Below the pieces are notes generated by a model, which was given only the letters and a program-made list of their open reading frames with translations, was not told the origin of the DNA and searched no databases. Made by a program: the position numbers and the translations under genes. A DNA stretch of 64,000 nucleotides. Origin: Actinomycetota bacterium. Its GTDB lineage: Bacteria > Actinomycetota > Acidimicrobiia > Spongiisociales > UBA5794. Every line of letters begins with the position of its first letter. Within the stretch, counting starts at the first letter, position 1. The stretch lies in assembly GCA_013151445.1 (NCBI GenBank), contig JAADIG010000052.1:2-64001 (forward strand), in the 5' to 3' direction. Positions 18,249 to 28,391 of the stretch are shown here, piece after piece.

Positions 18249-19034
18249 TTAACTGCCAGACCGCTCAATCTCCGTGACTCTCCATGGCATGAACCATCGT
18301 TCAAGACCAACCACGACGAGGTAAAGCGCCATCCCCATCAGCGTACCCGCGAGGACCCCGGCCCACGCAGATGAATAGCGTGACAGGGCGGCCTGCTGGA
18401 CAATCAGCTGGCCAAGCGCGGCCTGATCGCCACCGAAGTACTCGGCAACAATTGCTGCAATCACCGCAAGCGATGACGCGATCTTGAGTGAAGTAAAGAG
18501 GTATGGGAGTGCGTTGGGAATCCTGACCTCTTTGAGTGTCTCCCAGGTGCTCGCGGCGAACGATTCCATCAGATCGAGCTGGCCACGATGGACCTCCGTC
18601 AGTCCCCGCACTGAGTTCACAAACACCGGGAAGAACACCAAGAGGACAACGATGCCCTGGTTCGATCGTGGCGAACGAAGACCGAACCAGAAGTTAAAGA
18701 TTGGGGCGAGAGCGATTATGGGAATTGCGTTCACGGCCACTGCGAGCGGCGTCACCGCTTCGCTCACGATCTGGAACCGCGAGACAAGTATGGCAACCAT
18801 GATCCCGAGCAGCGCCCCCGCGATCAGACCAGTCACGGCAATGAACCCAGTGTTGGTGGTGGCCGTGATAATCGTGCTCCACTGCTCAACCACCTTGCCC
18901 GCAATAACGGAGGGACGCGGAAGAACGAAGGCCTTGGGGTTCAGCACGGTCAGCACCAACTCCCACAGGGCAAGACCGCCGACACCGACTACCAGTGGTG
19001 GGGCGATTGCGCGCAGCCTGGCATGGTTCGTCAT
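18249..19034 (-). CDS. ABC transporter permease (NitT/TauT family)
   Basis: Six-TM BPD-transporter pattern with an EAA-like loop. Stop/start overlaps with neighbours. Confidence 0.85.
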   Translation of the reverse strand: MTNHARLRAIAPPLVVGVGGLALWELVLTVLNPKAFVLPRPSVIAGKVVEQWSTIITATTNTGFIAVTGLIAGALLGIMVAILVSRFQIVSEAVTPLAVAVNAIPIIALAPIFNFWFGLRSPRSNQGIVVLLVFFPVFVNSVRGLTEVHRGQLDLMESFAASTWETLKEVRIPNALPYLFTSLKIASSLAVIAAIVAEYFGGDQAALGQLIVQQAALSRYSSAWAGVLAGTLMGMALYLVVVGLERWFMPWRVTEIERSGS

Positions 19035-19822
19035 GGCACCTCGACCGCTCGGAGAGCTTCGCGGACCTCGGTGATCTTGTTAAAGAACTCGGGGTCTTCG
19101 CGGGTACCGAACCCACGGGGTCCCAAATCCACATCGATGTCGGCGACTATACGGCCGGGTCGAGGCGACATCACGATCACACGTTGGGCGAGGAACACGG
19201 CTTCGGGGATTGAGTGTGTCACGAACACCACTGACGTTTGTGTGTCCTCCCATATCCGGAGGAGCTCGGCCTGCATATGCTCGCGGGTCATCTCGTCCAG
19301 CGCCCCAAAGGGTTCGTCCATCAGCAGAATCGAGGGCTTGAACGACAGGGCTCGCGCAATCGCGACTCGTTGCTGCATGCCGCCCGAGAGCTGGTTCGGA
19401 TAGTGATCGCCAAAGTCGCTGAGCTGGACAAGATCCAGCATCTCCGCACTACGTTTTGATCGTTGATCCTTGGACCAGCCGAGCAGTTCGAGTGGCAGTT
19501 CGATGTTCCTCGTTACGGTCCGCCAATCGAACAGGCTCGCACTCTGGAAGGCCATCCCGTAGTCCCGGTCGCGGCGAGCCTGATCGGCCGCCTTCCCATT
19601 CACAAATATCTCACCTTCTGTGGCGGGGACCAATCCGGCCATCAGACGGAGCAGGGTCGACTTGCCACAACCCGAGGGTCCGATCAGAGCAACAAACCCA
19701 CCCTGGCGGACCGACAGGTTGATACTTTCGAGAGCTACGACCTGATTCGGTTTGCCACGGCTGAAGATCTTGCTCGCTGCCCTTGCTTCGACGGCCACCG
19801 ATACGGGTGCGGAAGTGCTCAT
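19031..19822 (-). CDS. ABC transporter ATP-binding protein
   Basis: Walker A GPSGCGKST, LSGGMQQRVAIARAL signature and Walker B LLMDEPF. Confidence 0.9.
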   Translation of the reverse strand: MSTSAPVSVAVEARAASKIFSRGKPNQVVALESINLSVRQGGFVALIGPSGCGKSTLLRLMAGLVPATEGEIFVNGKAADQARRDRDYGMAFQSASLFDWRTVTRNIELPLELLGWSKDQRSKRSAEMLDLVQLSDFGDHYPNQLSGGMQQRVAIARALSFKPSILLMDEPFGALDEMTREHMQAELLRIWEDTQTSVVFVTHSIPEAVFLAQRVIVMSPRPGRIVADIDVDLGPRGFGTREDPEFFNKITEVREALRAVEVP

Positions 19823-20784
19823 ACGACTGGGTTCTCCTGCGCTCTTCCCCTAAGGGCGTAACGTTCGGCGATCGAGATGAGACCGAAAACGACAATGCCG
19901 AGCACAGCTGCACCGGCGACCGAGGCATAGAGACGTTCGGGACCCGTTGTGTACCGGGATGCGAAGTCGAGGATGAGACGACCGATGCCCCCACCGACAC
20001 CGGAAGAGATCTCGCCGACAATGGCACCGACAATGCTCGCTGATGCGGCGAGCTTCAATGCGGCAAAAAGGTACGGCACCGATGCGGGAAACCGCAGCTT
20101 AAGCAAGGTCTGCGTACGGCTCGCCGCATAGGAGTCCATGAGTTCGATCGATTCGGCGGACGGTGACTGAAGCCCCTTGAGCCCATTCACCGCGACTGGG
20201 AAAAAGGTGAGATAGGTCGCAATGATCGAAACCGACATCCACGCGTTCCACGTAAACGGCAGCCAGCCAAAGTTTGTTTGGCCCCAAATGACGATGATCG
20301 GCGCAATCGCGACCAGTGGGACTGTCTGAGACACTACGACATAGGGCATCAGTCCCCGCTCGATCGTCCGTGAACGCAACATAAGGATGGCCAGCGAGAG
20401 TCCGAGCACTATCCCGGCGACGAAACCAAAAAAGGCCTCACGTGCGGTGAACAGCGATGCCTCGAAGATGAACTGACCAAGCGTCTTGGCGTTTCGGCGC
20501 TGCGGTGGATCATCGAACTCGGATAGGATCGCCGAGATCGGCGGCATGATCAGATCATTGGTTGCTGGCATGACCGACCCAATCACCGGCCAGTCGCGTT
20601 GGGCATCATCGATCGACTGTCCCACGGCCTTGTACCCGCTGTACAGCAGACTCAGAGCGATAACGAAGGCCGCAAAAACCACGACCCTTCGTACGACGTT
20701 TCTCAGGCGAGCGCGGCGTTCGTAACGACGGATCTCGGCGCGCACTACAGCCGCGTCGACCCCTTCGTCCAGACTGTCCACCAC
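19819..20784 (-). CDS. ABC transporter permease (NitT/TauT family, second subunit)
   Basis: Polytopic membrane protein paralogous to 18249..19034. Confidence 0.85.
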   Translation of the reverse strand: MVDSLDEGVDAAVVRAEIRRYERRARLRNVVRRVVVFAAFVIALSLLYSGYKAVGQSIDDAQRDWPVIGSVMPATNDLIMPPISAILSEFDDPPQRRNAKTLGQFIFEASLFTAREAFFGFVAGIVLGLSLAILMLRSRTIERGLMPYVVVSQTVPLVAIAPIIVIWGQTNFGWLPFTWNAWMSVSIIATYLTFFPVAVNGLKGLQSPSAESIELMDSYAASRTQTLLKLRFPASVPYLFAALKLAASASIVGAIVGEISSGVGGGIGRLILDFASRYTTGPERLYASVAGAAVLGIVVFGLISIAERYALRGRAQENPVV

Positions 20785-20805
20785 TCGGTCCCTCCCTAGC
20801 GCCGA

Positions 20806-21807
20806 CTAACCATTGATTGCCGGGATGATCTCATCACCATAGGCGCGGAGAGTCTCCTCTTTGCCGTCGTGCTGGAGGTAGATCGAGAACTGGTCGACTC
20901 CCATATCCCGCAGCTCCCGGAGCCGAGCGATATGGTTTTCCACCGGGCCGAGAAGACAGAACCTGTCGATAAGGTCATCGCTCACGAAATCGACATGAGT
21001 GCTCTCGGAGCGACCGTGTTCCTGGTAGTCGTAACCCTTGCGCCCTTCAATGTAGGACGTGAGCTCGGCGGGGATGAGTGCAGTGTCGGTGCCGTATCGA
21101 CCGACGAGGTCCGCAACATGGTTACCGACCATGCCACCGAACCAGCGAACCTGGTCCCTCTGGTGTGCAATGTCATCGCCGACATAGGCGGGTGCCGCAA
21201 CGCACATGTAGAGGTCATCGGGGTTGCGTCCCGCGGATTCGGCAGCATCGCGCACCGCCTGAATCATGTACTTCGTCAGGTACGGATCGGCGAGCTGCAG
21301 GATGAATCCGTCTGCCTTCTGTCCGGTGAGAGCAAGCGTTTTCGGTCCGTACGCCGCCACGAGCATCGGGACTCGAGTTTTCTTCGCCCATGGGAACTGC
21401 ACCGTGACGCCGTTGTACTCGACTTCTTCACCCTGGGCCAGGGCCCTGATGATGTCGATTGACTCACCGAGCTCGGCAAGACGACAGGGTTTCTTGCCAA
21501 TCACCCGCAGCGCTGAGTCACCGCGACCCATGCCAATGACGGTCCGTTCTCCATACATCTCATTGAGCGTCGCAAAGAGGCTCGCGGTGACCGTGATGTC
21601 ACGTGTCCCCGGATTCGTAACCATCGGCCCAACGGTCATGTTTTGTGTTTTGGCGAGCATCTGTGAATAGATGACGAACGGCTCCTGCCAAAGGACGTGA
21701 CTGTCAAACGTCCATGCATAGTTGAAGCCCCTCTTCTCGGCCTCAACCGTCAGGTCGATGACGGCCTGCGCCGGTGGGTCGGTTTGAAAAACTACGCCAA
21801 AATCCAT
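20806..21807 (-). CDS. LLM-class (luciferase-like) flavin/F420-dependent oxidoreductase
   Basis: MDFGVVFQTD start and TIM-barrel LLM pattern. The start is chosen to avoid overlap with mmsA. Confidence 0.8.
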   Translation of the reverse strand: MDFGVVFQTDPPAQAVIDLTVEAEKRGFNYAWTFDSHVLWQEPFVIYSQMLAKTQNMTVGPMVTNPGTRDITVTASLFATLNEMYGERTVIGMGRGDSALRVIGKKPCRLAELGESIDIIRALAQGEEVEYNGVTVQFPWAKKTRVPMLVAAYGPKTLALTGQKADGFILQLADPYLTKYMIQAVRDAAESAGRNPDDLYMCVAAPAYVGDDIAHQRDQVRWFGGMVGNHVADLVGRYGTDTALIPAELTSYIEGRKGYDYQEHGRSESTHVDFVSDDLIDRFCLLGPVENHIARLRELRDMGVDQFSIYLQHDGKEETLRAYGDEIIPAING

Positions 21808-21818
21808 GCACTTGTCTC

Positions 21819-23306
21819 CTATTCGCTCTGTGGGAAACCGAGATCGATGGTGCTTGATGCAGGGTCGGGCCACCGACTCGTGATGACCTTCGCCTTGGTG
21901 TAGAAGTGGATCCCCTCCGGGCCGTACATGTGAGTGTCACCAAAGAGCGACTCCCCCCATCCGCCGAACGAGAATGATGCAACAGGCACCGGGATGGGAA
22001 CGTTGATGCCAACCATGCCAGCATCAACGTCAATCTGGAACTTGCGAGCAGCACCACCGTCACGGGTAAAGATCGCGGTGCCATTGCCCCAGGCATTCGT
22101 GTTGATCATCTCAAGCGCTTCGTCATAGGAGTCGACACGCACAACACCGAGCACGGGACCGAAGATCTCTTCGTCGTAACATTTCATGCCGGGTTTCACG
22201 TTGTCCAGCAGCGAAGGCGCCAGGAAGAAACCATCACCTTGGACTGGACTGTCACGGCCATCGACGAGCACGGTGGCACCCTCACCGGCGGCCTCAGCAA
22301 CATACGCCTCGACACGATCTCGATGTTCCCGGGTGATAAGCGGACCCATGCCCGACTCGGGGTCCGTTCCGGGACCAACCTTCACCTGCGGGATTCGCCT
22401 CTCGATGGCTTCAACCAGCGGGTCAGCGGCGGAACCGACAGCGACGACCACCGAGATTGCCATGCAACGCTCCCCCGCGGATCCATAACCTGCCGAAACT
22501 GCGGCGTCTGCCGCCACGTCAATATCGGCATCGGGCAGCACCACCATGTGGTTCTTCGCACCACCGAGCGCCTGAACACGTTTTCCACGGGCGGTGCCGG
22601 TCTCGTACACATATCGGGCGATCGGGGTTGAGCCGACAAAGCTGATTGCCTTCACCGTCGGATGCTCAAGCAGCCGATCGACTGCCACCTTGTCACCGTG
22701 GACGACGTTGAACACTCCCTCGGGAAGCCCGGCCTCATGAATCATCTCCGCAAGCAGCATCGTCACCGACGGGTCTTTCTCCGACGGTTTCAACACGAAG
22801 GTGTTCCCCGCCGCAATGGCGTTCGGGAACATCCACAGCGGGACCATGGCTGGGAAGTTAAACGGGGTGATACCAGCGACAACACCAAGGGGCTGGCGGA
22901 CCGTGTACACATCAACACCACGTGACGCCTGTTGCGTGAACTGACCCTGTAGCAGTTGGGCCGCGCCGCATGCGAACTCGATGTTCTCAAGTCCACGGGT
23001 GACCTCGCCCATCGCATCCGAGAGCACCTTGCCGTGTTCTGCGGTGAGCGCTGCGGCGATATCCGCCCGGTTCCGATGCGCTATCTCGCGAAACGCGAAC
23101 AGGACTGCGGTACGTTGGGCAAGTGACGTGTGCCGCCACGACTCGAAGGCCTTCGCAGCGGTGGAAACGGTGCGGTCTATTTCGTCAACCGTTGCGAGAG
23201 GCGTTGCCGCGGTCTGCTCTCCGGTGGCCGGGTTGTAGACCGGACTCGTGCGGTCCGATACCGACTCGACCATCTTCCCGCCAATGAAATGGGTAATTGT
23301 CTTCAC
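21819..23306 (-). CDS. mmsA: CoA-acylating methylmalonate-semialdehyde dehydrogenase
   Basis: VYNPATGE, GITPFNFPAMVPLWMFP and catalytic C in GSAGERCMA. GTG start with GAAAGGA upstream. The longer ORF N-terminus is out-of-frame shadow. Confidence 0.85.
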   Translation of the reverse strand: MKTITHFIGGKMVESVSDRTSPVYNPATGEQTAATPLATVDEIDRTVSTAAKAFESWRHTSLAQRTAVLFAFREIAHRNRADIAAALTAEHGKVLSDAMGEVTRGLENIEFACGAAQLLQGQFTQQASRGVDVYTVRQPLGVVAGITPFNFPAMVPLWMFPNAIAAGNTFVLKPSEKDPSVTMLLAEMIHEAGLPEGVFNVVHGDKVAVDRLLEHPTVKAISFVGSTPIARYVYETGTARGKRVQALGGAKNHMVVLPDADIDVAADAAVSAGYGSAGERCMAISVVVAVGSAADPLVEAIERRIPQVKVGPGTDPESGMGPLITREHRDRVEAYVAEAAGEGATVLVDGRDSPVQGDGFFLAPSLLDNVKPGMKCYDEEIFGPVLGVVRVDSYDEALEMINTNAWGNGTAIFTRDGGAARKFQIDVDAGMVGINVPIPVPVASFSFGGWGESLFGDTHMYGPEGIHFYTKAKVITSRWPDPASSTIDLGFPQSE

Positions 23307-23352
23307 CGAACTGTCCTTTCGAGGGTCACAGGCGTGTTCATCTGCACCGGTG

Positions 23353-24777
23353 TTAGTGAAGTCGAGCGGCGTTGCCGCGACGCAGATAGTTGCCGTCACC
23401 CTTGGCGCCAACGTACTCACCCGACACAACAATCGTCGCACCGCGTAACAACACCTGCTCAACCTTGCCCTGGACATCGAGCCCCTCATACGCTGAGTAG
23501 TCGACATTCATGTGATGTTGGGCGACGGACTTCGTCCAGGTTGCGCCCGGGTCGAAGATGACAATGTCAGCGTCGGAACCGACCGCAATGGTGCCCTTCT
23601 GCGGGTACAGACCGAACAGCTTTGCGGGTGTCGTGCAACACAATTCGATCCACCGATTCAGGTCAAGCCGCCCGTCGACGACCGCACCGTGGTACATCAG
23701 CTGGAATCGGTCCTCAACGCCGGGAAGTCCGTTCGGGATCGCGGTGAAGTCGCCCTCACCAAGACGCTTCTGGGTGCCAAGACTCGGATGATCCTCCATA
23801 CAGAACGGGCAATGGTCAGTTGAGACGACCTGGAGATCGTTGGTCGCCAAACCGGTCCATAGGGCATCCTGGTGACCATCGGCCTGGGCGCGAATCGGGG
23901 TTGAGCACACATATTTGGCCCCCTCGAAACCGGGCTTCGAGAGATGCTCCTCAAGACTGAGCCACAGATACTGTGGACAGGTCTCCGCAAAGACGGGTAG
24001 GCCGCGGTCACGGGCGGCAGCGACCTCAGCCAGCGCTTCTTTGGCCGACAGGTGCACGATGTACAGAGCGGCCCCCGCGAGTTCCGCAAGCGCGATCGCA
24101 CGGTGTGTCGCCTCTGCCTCGGTGATCGCTGGTCGGGTGATGCCGTGATACTTCGGGTCGGTCTCGCCACGCTCGATTGCCTGTTCGCGCAGGACGTCAA
24201 TAGCTATGCCGTTCTCGGCGTGCATCATGATCATGGCACCCGACTCGGCAGCCTTCTGCATGGCCCGCAGTATCTGCCCGTCGTCGGAGTACAAGACACC
24301 CGGATAGGCCATGAACAGCTTGAAACTTGTCACGCCTCGCTCGACGAGCGTGTCCATTTCCCCAAGCGTGTCGGCGTTGATATCACCTGCGATCATGTGG
24401 AACCCGTAGTCAATGGCGCAGTTCCCTGCGGCCTTCGCCATCCAACTGTCGAATCCCGCGATCATCGACTCGCCCTTCACCTGGACCGCAAAATCTACGA
24501 TGGTGGTCGTGCCACCCCATGCGGCGGCGCGGGTCCCCGTCTCGAAGTTGTCCGATGCCACCGTGCCCCCGAACGGAAGCTCCATGTGTGTGTGAACGTC
24601 GATCGAACCTGGTGTTACTAGCTTGCCAGTTGCGTCGATAACCGAATCCACACTCGATTCGAAGTCATGCGACCCTGGCGCAAGGACGGCAACAATCTTT
24701 TCTCCGTCAATGAGCACATCGGCCTTAACCGTGTCAATGGCGGTGACCACAGTCCCGCCTTTGATGAGTGTTTTCAT
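23353..24777 (-). CDS. Dihydropyrimidinase / D-hydantoinase
   Basis: MKTLIKGGTVV...DVHTHMELPF cyclic amidohydrolase signature. Strong SD GGAGGAAAAC before the ATG. Confidence 0.85.
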   Translation of the reverse strand: MKTLIKGGTVVTAIDTVKADVLIDGEKIVAVLAPGSHDFESSVDSVIDATGKLVTPGSIDVHTHMELPFGGTVASDNFETGTRAAAWGGTTTIVDFAVQVKGESMIAGFDSWMAKAAGNCAIDYGFHMIAGDINADTLGEMDTLVERGVTSFKLFMAYPGVLYSDDGQILRAMQKAAESGAMIMMHAENGIAIDVLREQAIERGETDPKYHGITRPAITEAEATHRAIALAELAGAALYIVHLSAKEALAEVAAARDRGLPVFAETCPQYLWLSLEEHLSKPGFEGAKYVCSTPIRAQADGHQDALWTGLATNDLQVVSTDHCPFCMEDHPSLGTQKRLGEGDFTAIPNGLPGVEDRFQLMYHGAVVDGRLDLNRWIELCCTTPAKLFGLYPQKGTIAVGSDADIVIFDPGATWTKSVAQHHMNVDYSAYEGLDVQGKVEQVLLRGATIVVSGEYVGAKGDGNYLRRGNAARLH

Positions 24778-24799
24778 GTTTTCCTCCAGGTCGTACAGG

Positions 24800-26095
24800 T
24801 TAAGTCTGGTCCACTTCTCGAATAGCGTCGACAAGCGTGGACGCACCAACGTCCATCTCGTCATCGGTGATGCTGAGCGGTGGGGCGATACGGAGTACAT
24901 TGCCGTACAACCCCCCTTTGCCGATGAGCATGCCACGATCCTTGCATGCCTCGAGCAGCGCTGCGGACTTTCCGGGATCCGGTCGGTTCGAATCGACCTC
25001 TACAGTCTCGATGGCGAGCATCAGTCCCTTGCCTCGCAGTTCGGCGATCCATTCGGTCTCGTTTACGACCGGTTCGAGAACTCGACGCAGCCGTTCCCCC
25101 TGCTTGAGACTATTGCCCTGGAGATCGTTGTCTATCAGGTAGTCAAGGTTCGCCAGCGCTCCAGCCGATACGAGGGGGTTGCCGCCGAACGTCGAGATCG
25201 AATTTGCACCCATGGAATCCATGATCTCCGCGGTCGTGACGACGCCGCCAAGGGCGAGTCCGTTTCCGACACCCTTTGCGAACGTCATGATGTCGGGGGT
25301 CATGTTGTGCGCCTGGTAGCCCCACATGTGCTCACCCGTGCGACCCCAGCCAGTCTGAACCTCGTCGGAAATGAATAGGATTCCGTAGCGGTCGAGCACC
25401 TTTTTGAACTCGCCGAAAAAGCCGTCGGGGGGTGTGGCGAATCCACCGACACCCTGGATCGGTTCGGCAATCATGCATGCCACCGTACCCGAGGTCATCA
25501 TGTCGATCACCTGCTCAAGGTCCTCGACACACGCCGCGGTGTAGGCGGCGTCATCAAAATCACGGAAGGGACTCCGCAGCCGATACGGGCCCTGCACAAA
25601 ATTGACCTTCAAGCCGGAGTAGCTGGTCGGTGACCAGGACCGGTGGCTCGTAAGCGACACCGCCGTGAACGATCGGCCGTGATAGCTGTTCCGAATAGCT
25701 AGAACCTCGTTGGAGCCGCGAAACGATGTTGCCAAAAGAATCGCGGCATCATTCGCTTCGGTACCCGACGGCGTAAAGAACACTCGAGCGTCGGGGATAC
25801 CGGACATCTCGGCAATCCGCTCGGCGAGCGTCACCATCTCGTCGGAGAGATAGAGGGTCGACGTATGAAGCATCTTCCCGGCCTGCTCTCTGATCGCCGC
25901 GACGACCTCGGGCACGTTGTAGCCGGTCATCGTGGTGAGGATGCCGCCGAAGAAATCCAGATACTTGTTCCCCTCCAGGTCCCAGACATGGCGCCCTTCA
26001 CCGTGGGAGATCCCGATCGGCTCGTCGTAGTAGAGAGCGAGCCACGATGGCATGACCGCCTTGTGTCGAGCAAGCAACTCGGCGTGTGTCGTCAT
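24800..26095 (-). CDS. Class-III (omega) aminotransferase, probable beta-alanine/aminoisobutyrate transaminase
   Basis: PLP AT-III fold (…SGTEANDAA…DEVQTGWGRTG…). Confidence 0.85.
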   Translation of the reverse strand: MTTHAELLARHKAVMPSWLALYYDEPIGISHGEGRHVWDLEGNKYLDFFGGILTTMTGYNVPEVVAAIREQAGKMLHTSTLYLSDEMVTLAERIAEMSGIPDARVFFTPSGTEANDAAILLATSFRGSNEVLAIRNSYHGRSFTAVSLTSHRSWSPTSYSGLKVNFVQGPYRLRSPFRDFDDAAYTAACVEDLEQVIDMMTSGTVACMIAEPIQGVGGFATPPDGFFGEFKKVLDRYGILFISDEVQTGWGRTGEHMWGYQAHNMTPDIMTFAKGVGNGLALGGVVTTAEIMDSMGANSISTFGGNPLVSAGALANLDYLIDNDLQGNSLKQGERLRRVLEPVVNETEWIAELRGKGLMLAIETVEVDSNRPDPGKSAALLEACKDRGMLIGKGGLYGNVLRIAPPLSITDDEMDVGASTLVDAIREVDQT

Positions 26096-26097
26096 GG

Positions 26098-26940
26098 TTA
26101 CCCCTCGGTGAGTGACCCGTAGGCGTCGGGGCGCCGGTCACGATAGAACGCCCACTGGTTGCGGGTCTCCTCGATCAGGTCCATATCGAGGTCCCGCACC
26201 ACGAGCTCGGCCGCCTGATCGGAAGCCGTGCCTTCCACGAACTGTCCACGGGGGTTCGCAAAATACGATGTCCCGTAGAAATCGTTGTCCCCGAGCGGTT
26301 CGATGCCTACCCGATTGATTGCACCCACGTAGTACATGTTCGCCGCGGCCGATGCTGTCTGCTCAAGTTGCCAGAGGTACGAGGACAGGCCGCGGCTCGT
26401 CGCCGATGGGTTGAACACGATCTCTGCGCCCGCAAGCCCAAGGGCTCGCCATCCTTCCGGGAAATGGCGGTCGTAACAAATGTAGACACCGACCTTGCCA
26501 ACGGCGGTTTCGAAGATGGGATAACCGAGGTTCCCAGGACGGAAGTAGAACTTTTCCCAGAATCCCTTGACCTGGGGAATGTGCGTCTTGCGATACTTGC
26601 CGAGGTAGGTGCCATCGGCGTCGATCACGGCGGCGGTGTTGTAGAGAAACCCCGGCTTTTCGAGCTCGTACATTGGCAACACGAGCACCATGTTGAGCTC
26701 CTTGGCGAGAGCCTGGAATCGTTTTGTAATCGGACCATCCGGGATCGCTTCGGCGTACCCGTAGTACTCGGTGTCCTGCACCTGGCAGAAGTATGGACCG
26801 TAAAACAGCTCCTGAAAACACATTACCTGGGCGCCGTCAGCAGCGGCATCGCGGGCGTACTGTTCGTGAAGATCGATCATGGACTCTTTGTCACCGGTCC
26901 ACTCGGTTTGCAGGATTGCTGCGCGTACGACTCTGCTCAT
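26098..26940 (-). CDS. Carbon-nitrogen hydrolase (beta-ureidopropionase / N-carbamoyl-amino-acid amidohydrolase-like)
   Basis: Nitrilase-superfamily E-K-C context (…CFQELF…YRKTH…VYICYDRHFPE). Confidence 0.8.
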   Translation of the reverse strand: MSRVVRAAILQTEWTGDKESMIDLHEQYARDAAADGAQVMCFQELFYGPYFCQVQDTEYYGYAEAIPDGPITKRFQALAKELNMVLVLPMYELEKPGFLYNTAAVIDADGTYLGKYRKTHIPQVKGFWEKFYFRPGNLGYPIFETAVGKVGVYICYDRHFPEGWRALGLAGAEIVFNPSATSRGLSSYLWQLEQTASAAANMYYVGAINRVGIEPLGDNDFYGTSYFANPRGQFVEGTASDQAAELVVRDLDMDLIEETRNQWAFYRDRRPDAYGSLTEG

Positions 26941-27059
26941 TTGCTCCATCCCATTCCGTGAGACACACATCGGCGACCGACCACCCGTCGGCTTGCACCG
27001 ACTATATGCACCAGACTACGTTGACACAACTAACTCTTTGTTACACACAAAAGACCTTC
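26941..27059. promoter_or_regulatory. Divergent promoter/operator region between catabolic operon and MocR regulator
   Basis: Three ACACA-core motifs (gtgagACACACatc, gttgACACAActa, tgttACACACaaa). Confidence 0.3.
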
Positions 27060-28391
27060 ATGATCGTACATCTGGCAGCCTCCACCACCGACCGCACCGC
27101 TCACGGTATCGCCCAGGCGATAGGATCCCTCGTCGCCGACGGAACCGTGAGTGTTGGTGAGCGGCTCCCGACCGTTCGCGAGGTGGCCAGGGTCATGGGA
27201 GTGAGCCCGACCACTGTGTCCGAAGCATGGCAGACCCTGCAACGCCATGGGATTATCGAGACTCAACGCCGACGCGGGACGTTTGTGTCGGAAAGGTCGG
27301 GGGCGATGGCGTCGCGTTTCTGGCAGGTACCGGTCGCCCGCGGTCGTTACGAGATTGACCTTTCCACCGGTACACCCGATCCGGACCTCCTCCCCGACCC
27401 GGCGGCTTTCTTTGGCGCGATGGGTCGTGCCCCTCGTATGACCTCGTACCTGGATCGCCCGGTTCTCGTCGGTCTCGAGGAACAGCTTCGCAGTACGTGG
27501 CCGTTCGATCCCGAATACATCACGGTTGTAAACGGGGCACTTGATGCTCTCGATAGGGTCATCGCGACCGCGATCCCGTTTGCCAGCAAGGTGATCGTTT
27601 CGGATCCGACATTCCCCCCGATCCTCGACATGCTGGACCTCGTCGGGGCGACGGCGATCGGCGTGGCGATCGACGAGGAAGGCCTCGACCCTGGCGCCGT
27701 TGCAGAGGCTCTCCACAGGAACGATGTTGCGGCAATCATTGTTCAACCCCGGGCGCATAACCCAACCGGCGCTTCATGGTCACGTACTCGCACGGCCGAA
27801 CTCGCCAGCGTCCTGGGGCCAACGTCACTCGTTATCGTCGAAGACGACCATTCGGGCCCCGTGTCTGGTGCCGAACTCCACAGCCTGGGAACATACCTCC
27901 CCGGTCGTGTCACCCACATTCGAAGTTTTTCCAAGTCACATGGGCCCGACTTCCGTCTCGCCGCCATCGGTGGCCCCGCAGACCCGGTCATGAGTCTCAT
28001 CCGGCGCCGCCGTCTCGGCCCTTCCTGGACGAGTCGGTTGCTCCAGCAGCTGTTGCTCGACATGCTCCGATCTCCCAAGGTCGGCGCGGAGGTGGAACAT
28101 GCAGCTCAGATTTATCGGCAGCGGTGGGTCACAATGTATGACTCGCTCTCGGAACGTGGCGTGTCGGTACGAACCGGGAGCGGGCTCAATATGTGGGTGC
28201 CGGTACGCGACGAGACCGTCGCAACAGTTTCGCTCGCTGCCAACGGGATCGGCGTTGCACCGGGTCGCCCGTTTTGTATCGCGGCCGGCGGCGCCCCCCA
28301 CGTGCGGATCACGACAAGCGTGATCGCAACCGAGCCTTCGGTCGTTGCGAACAAGATTGCTGACGCTGCGCTGCTCGATCCGCGGGCATGA
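27060..28391 (+). CDS. MocR-type GntR regulator (HTH + PLP aminotransferase-like domain)
   Basis: N-terminal HTH (LPTVREVARVMGVSPTTVSEAWQTLQRHGII) followed by a fold-type-I aminotransferase-like domain. Confidence 0.8.
   Translation: MIVHLAASTTDRTAHGIAQAIGSLVADGTVSVGERLPTVREVARVMGVSPTTVSEAWQTLQRHGIIETQRRRGTFVSERSGAMASRFWQVPVARGRYEIDLSTGTPDPDLLPDPAAFFGAMGRAPRMTSYLDRPVLVGLEEQLRSTWPFDPEYITVVNGALDALDRVIATAIPFASKVIVSDPTFPPILDMLDLVGATAIGVAIDEEGLDPGAVAEALHRNDVAAIIVQPRAHNPTGASWSRTRTAELASVLGPTSLVIVEDDHSGPVSGAELHSLGTYLPGRVTHIRSFSKSHGPDFRLAAIGGPADPVMSLIRRRRLGPSWTSRLLQQLLLDMLRSPKVGAEVEHAAQIYRQRWVTMYDSLSERGVSVRTGSGLNMWVPVRDETVATVSLAANGIGVAPGRPFCIAAGGAPHVRITTSVIATEPSVVANKIADAALLDPRA

Noticed and set aside
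26793-27059. Upstream extension of MocR ORF
   Set aside because: Runs through the divergent promoter region, and the HTH begins right after the Met at 27060.
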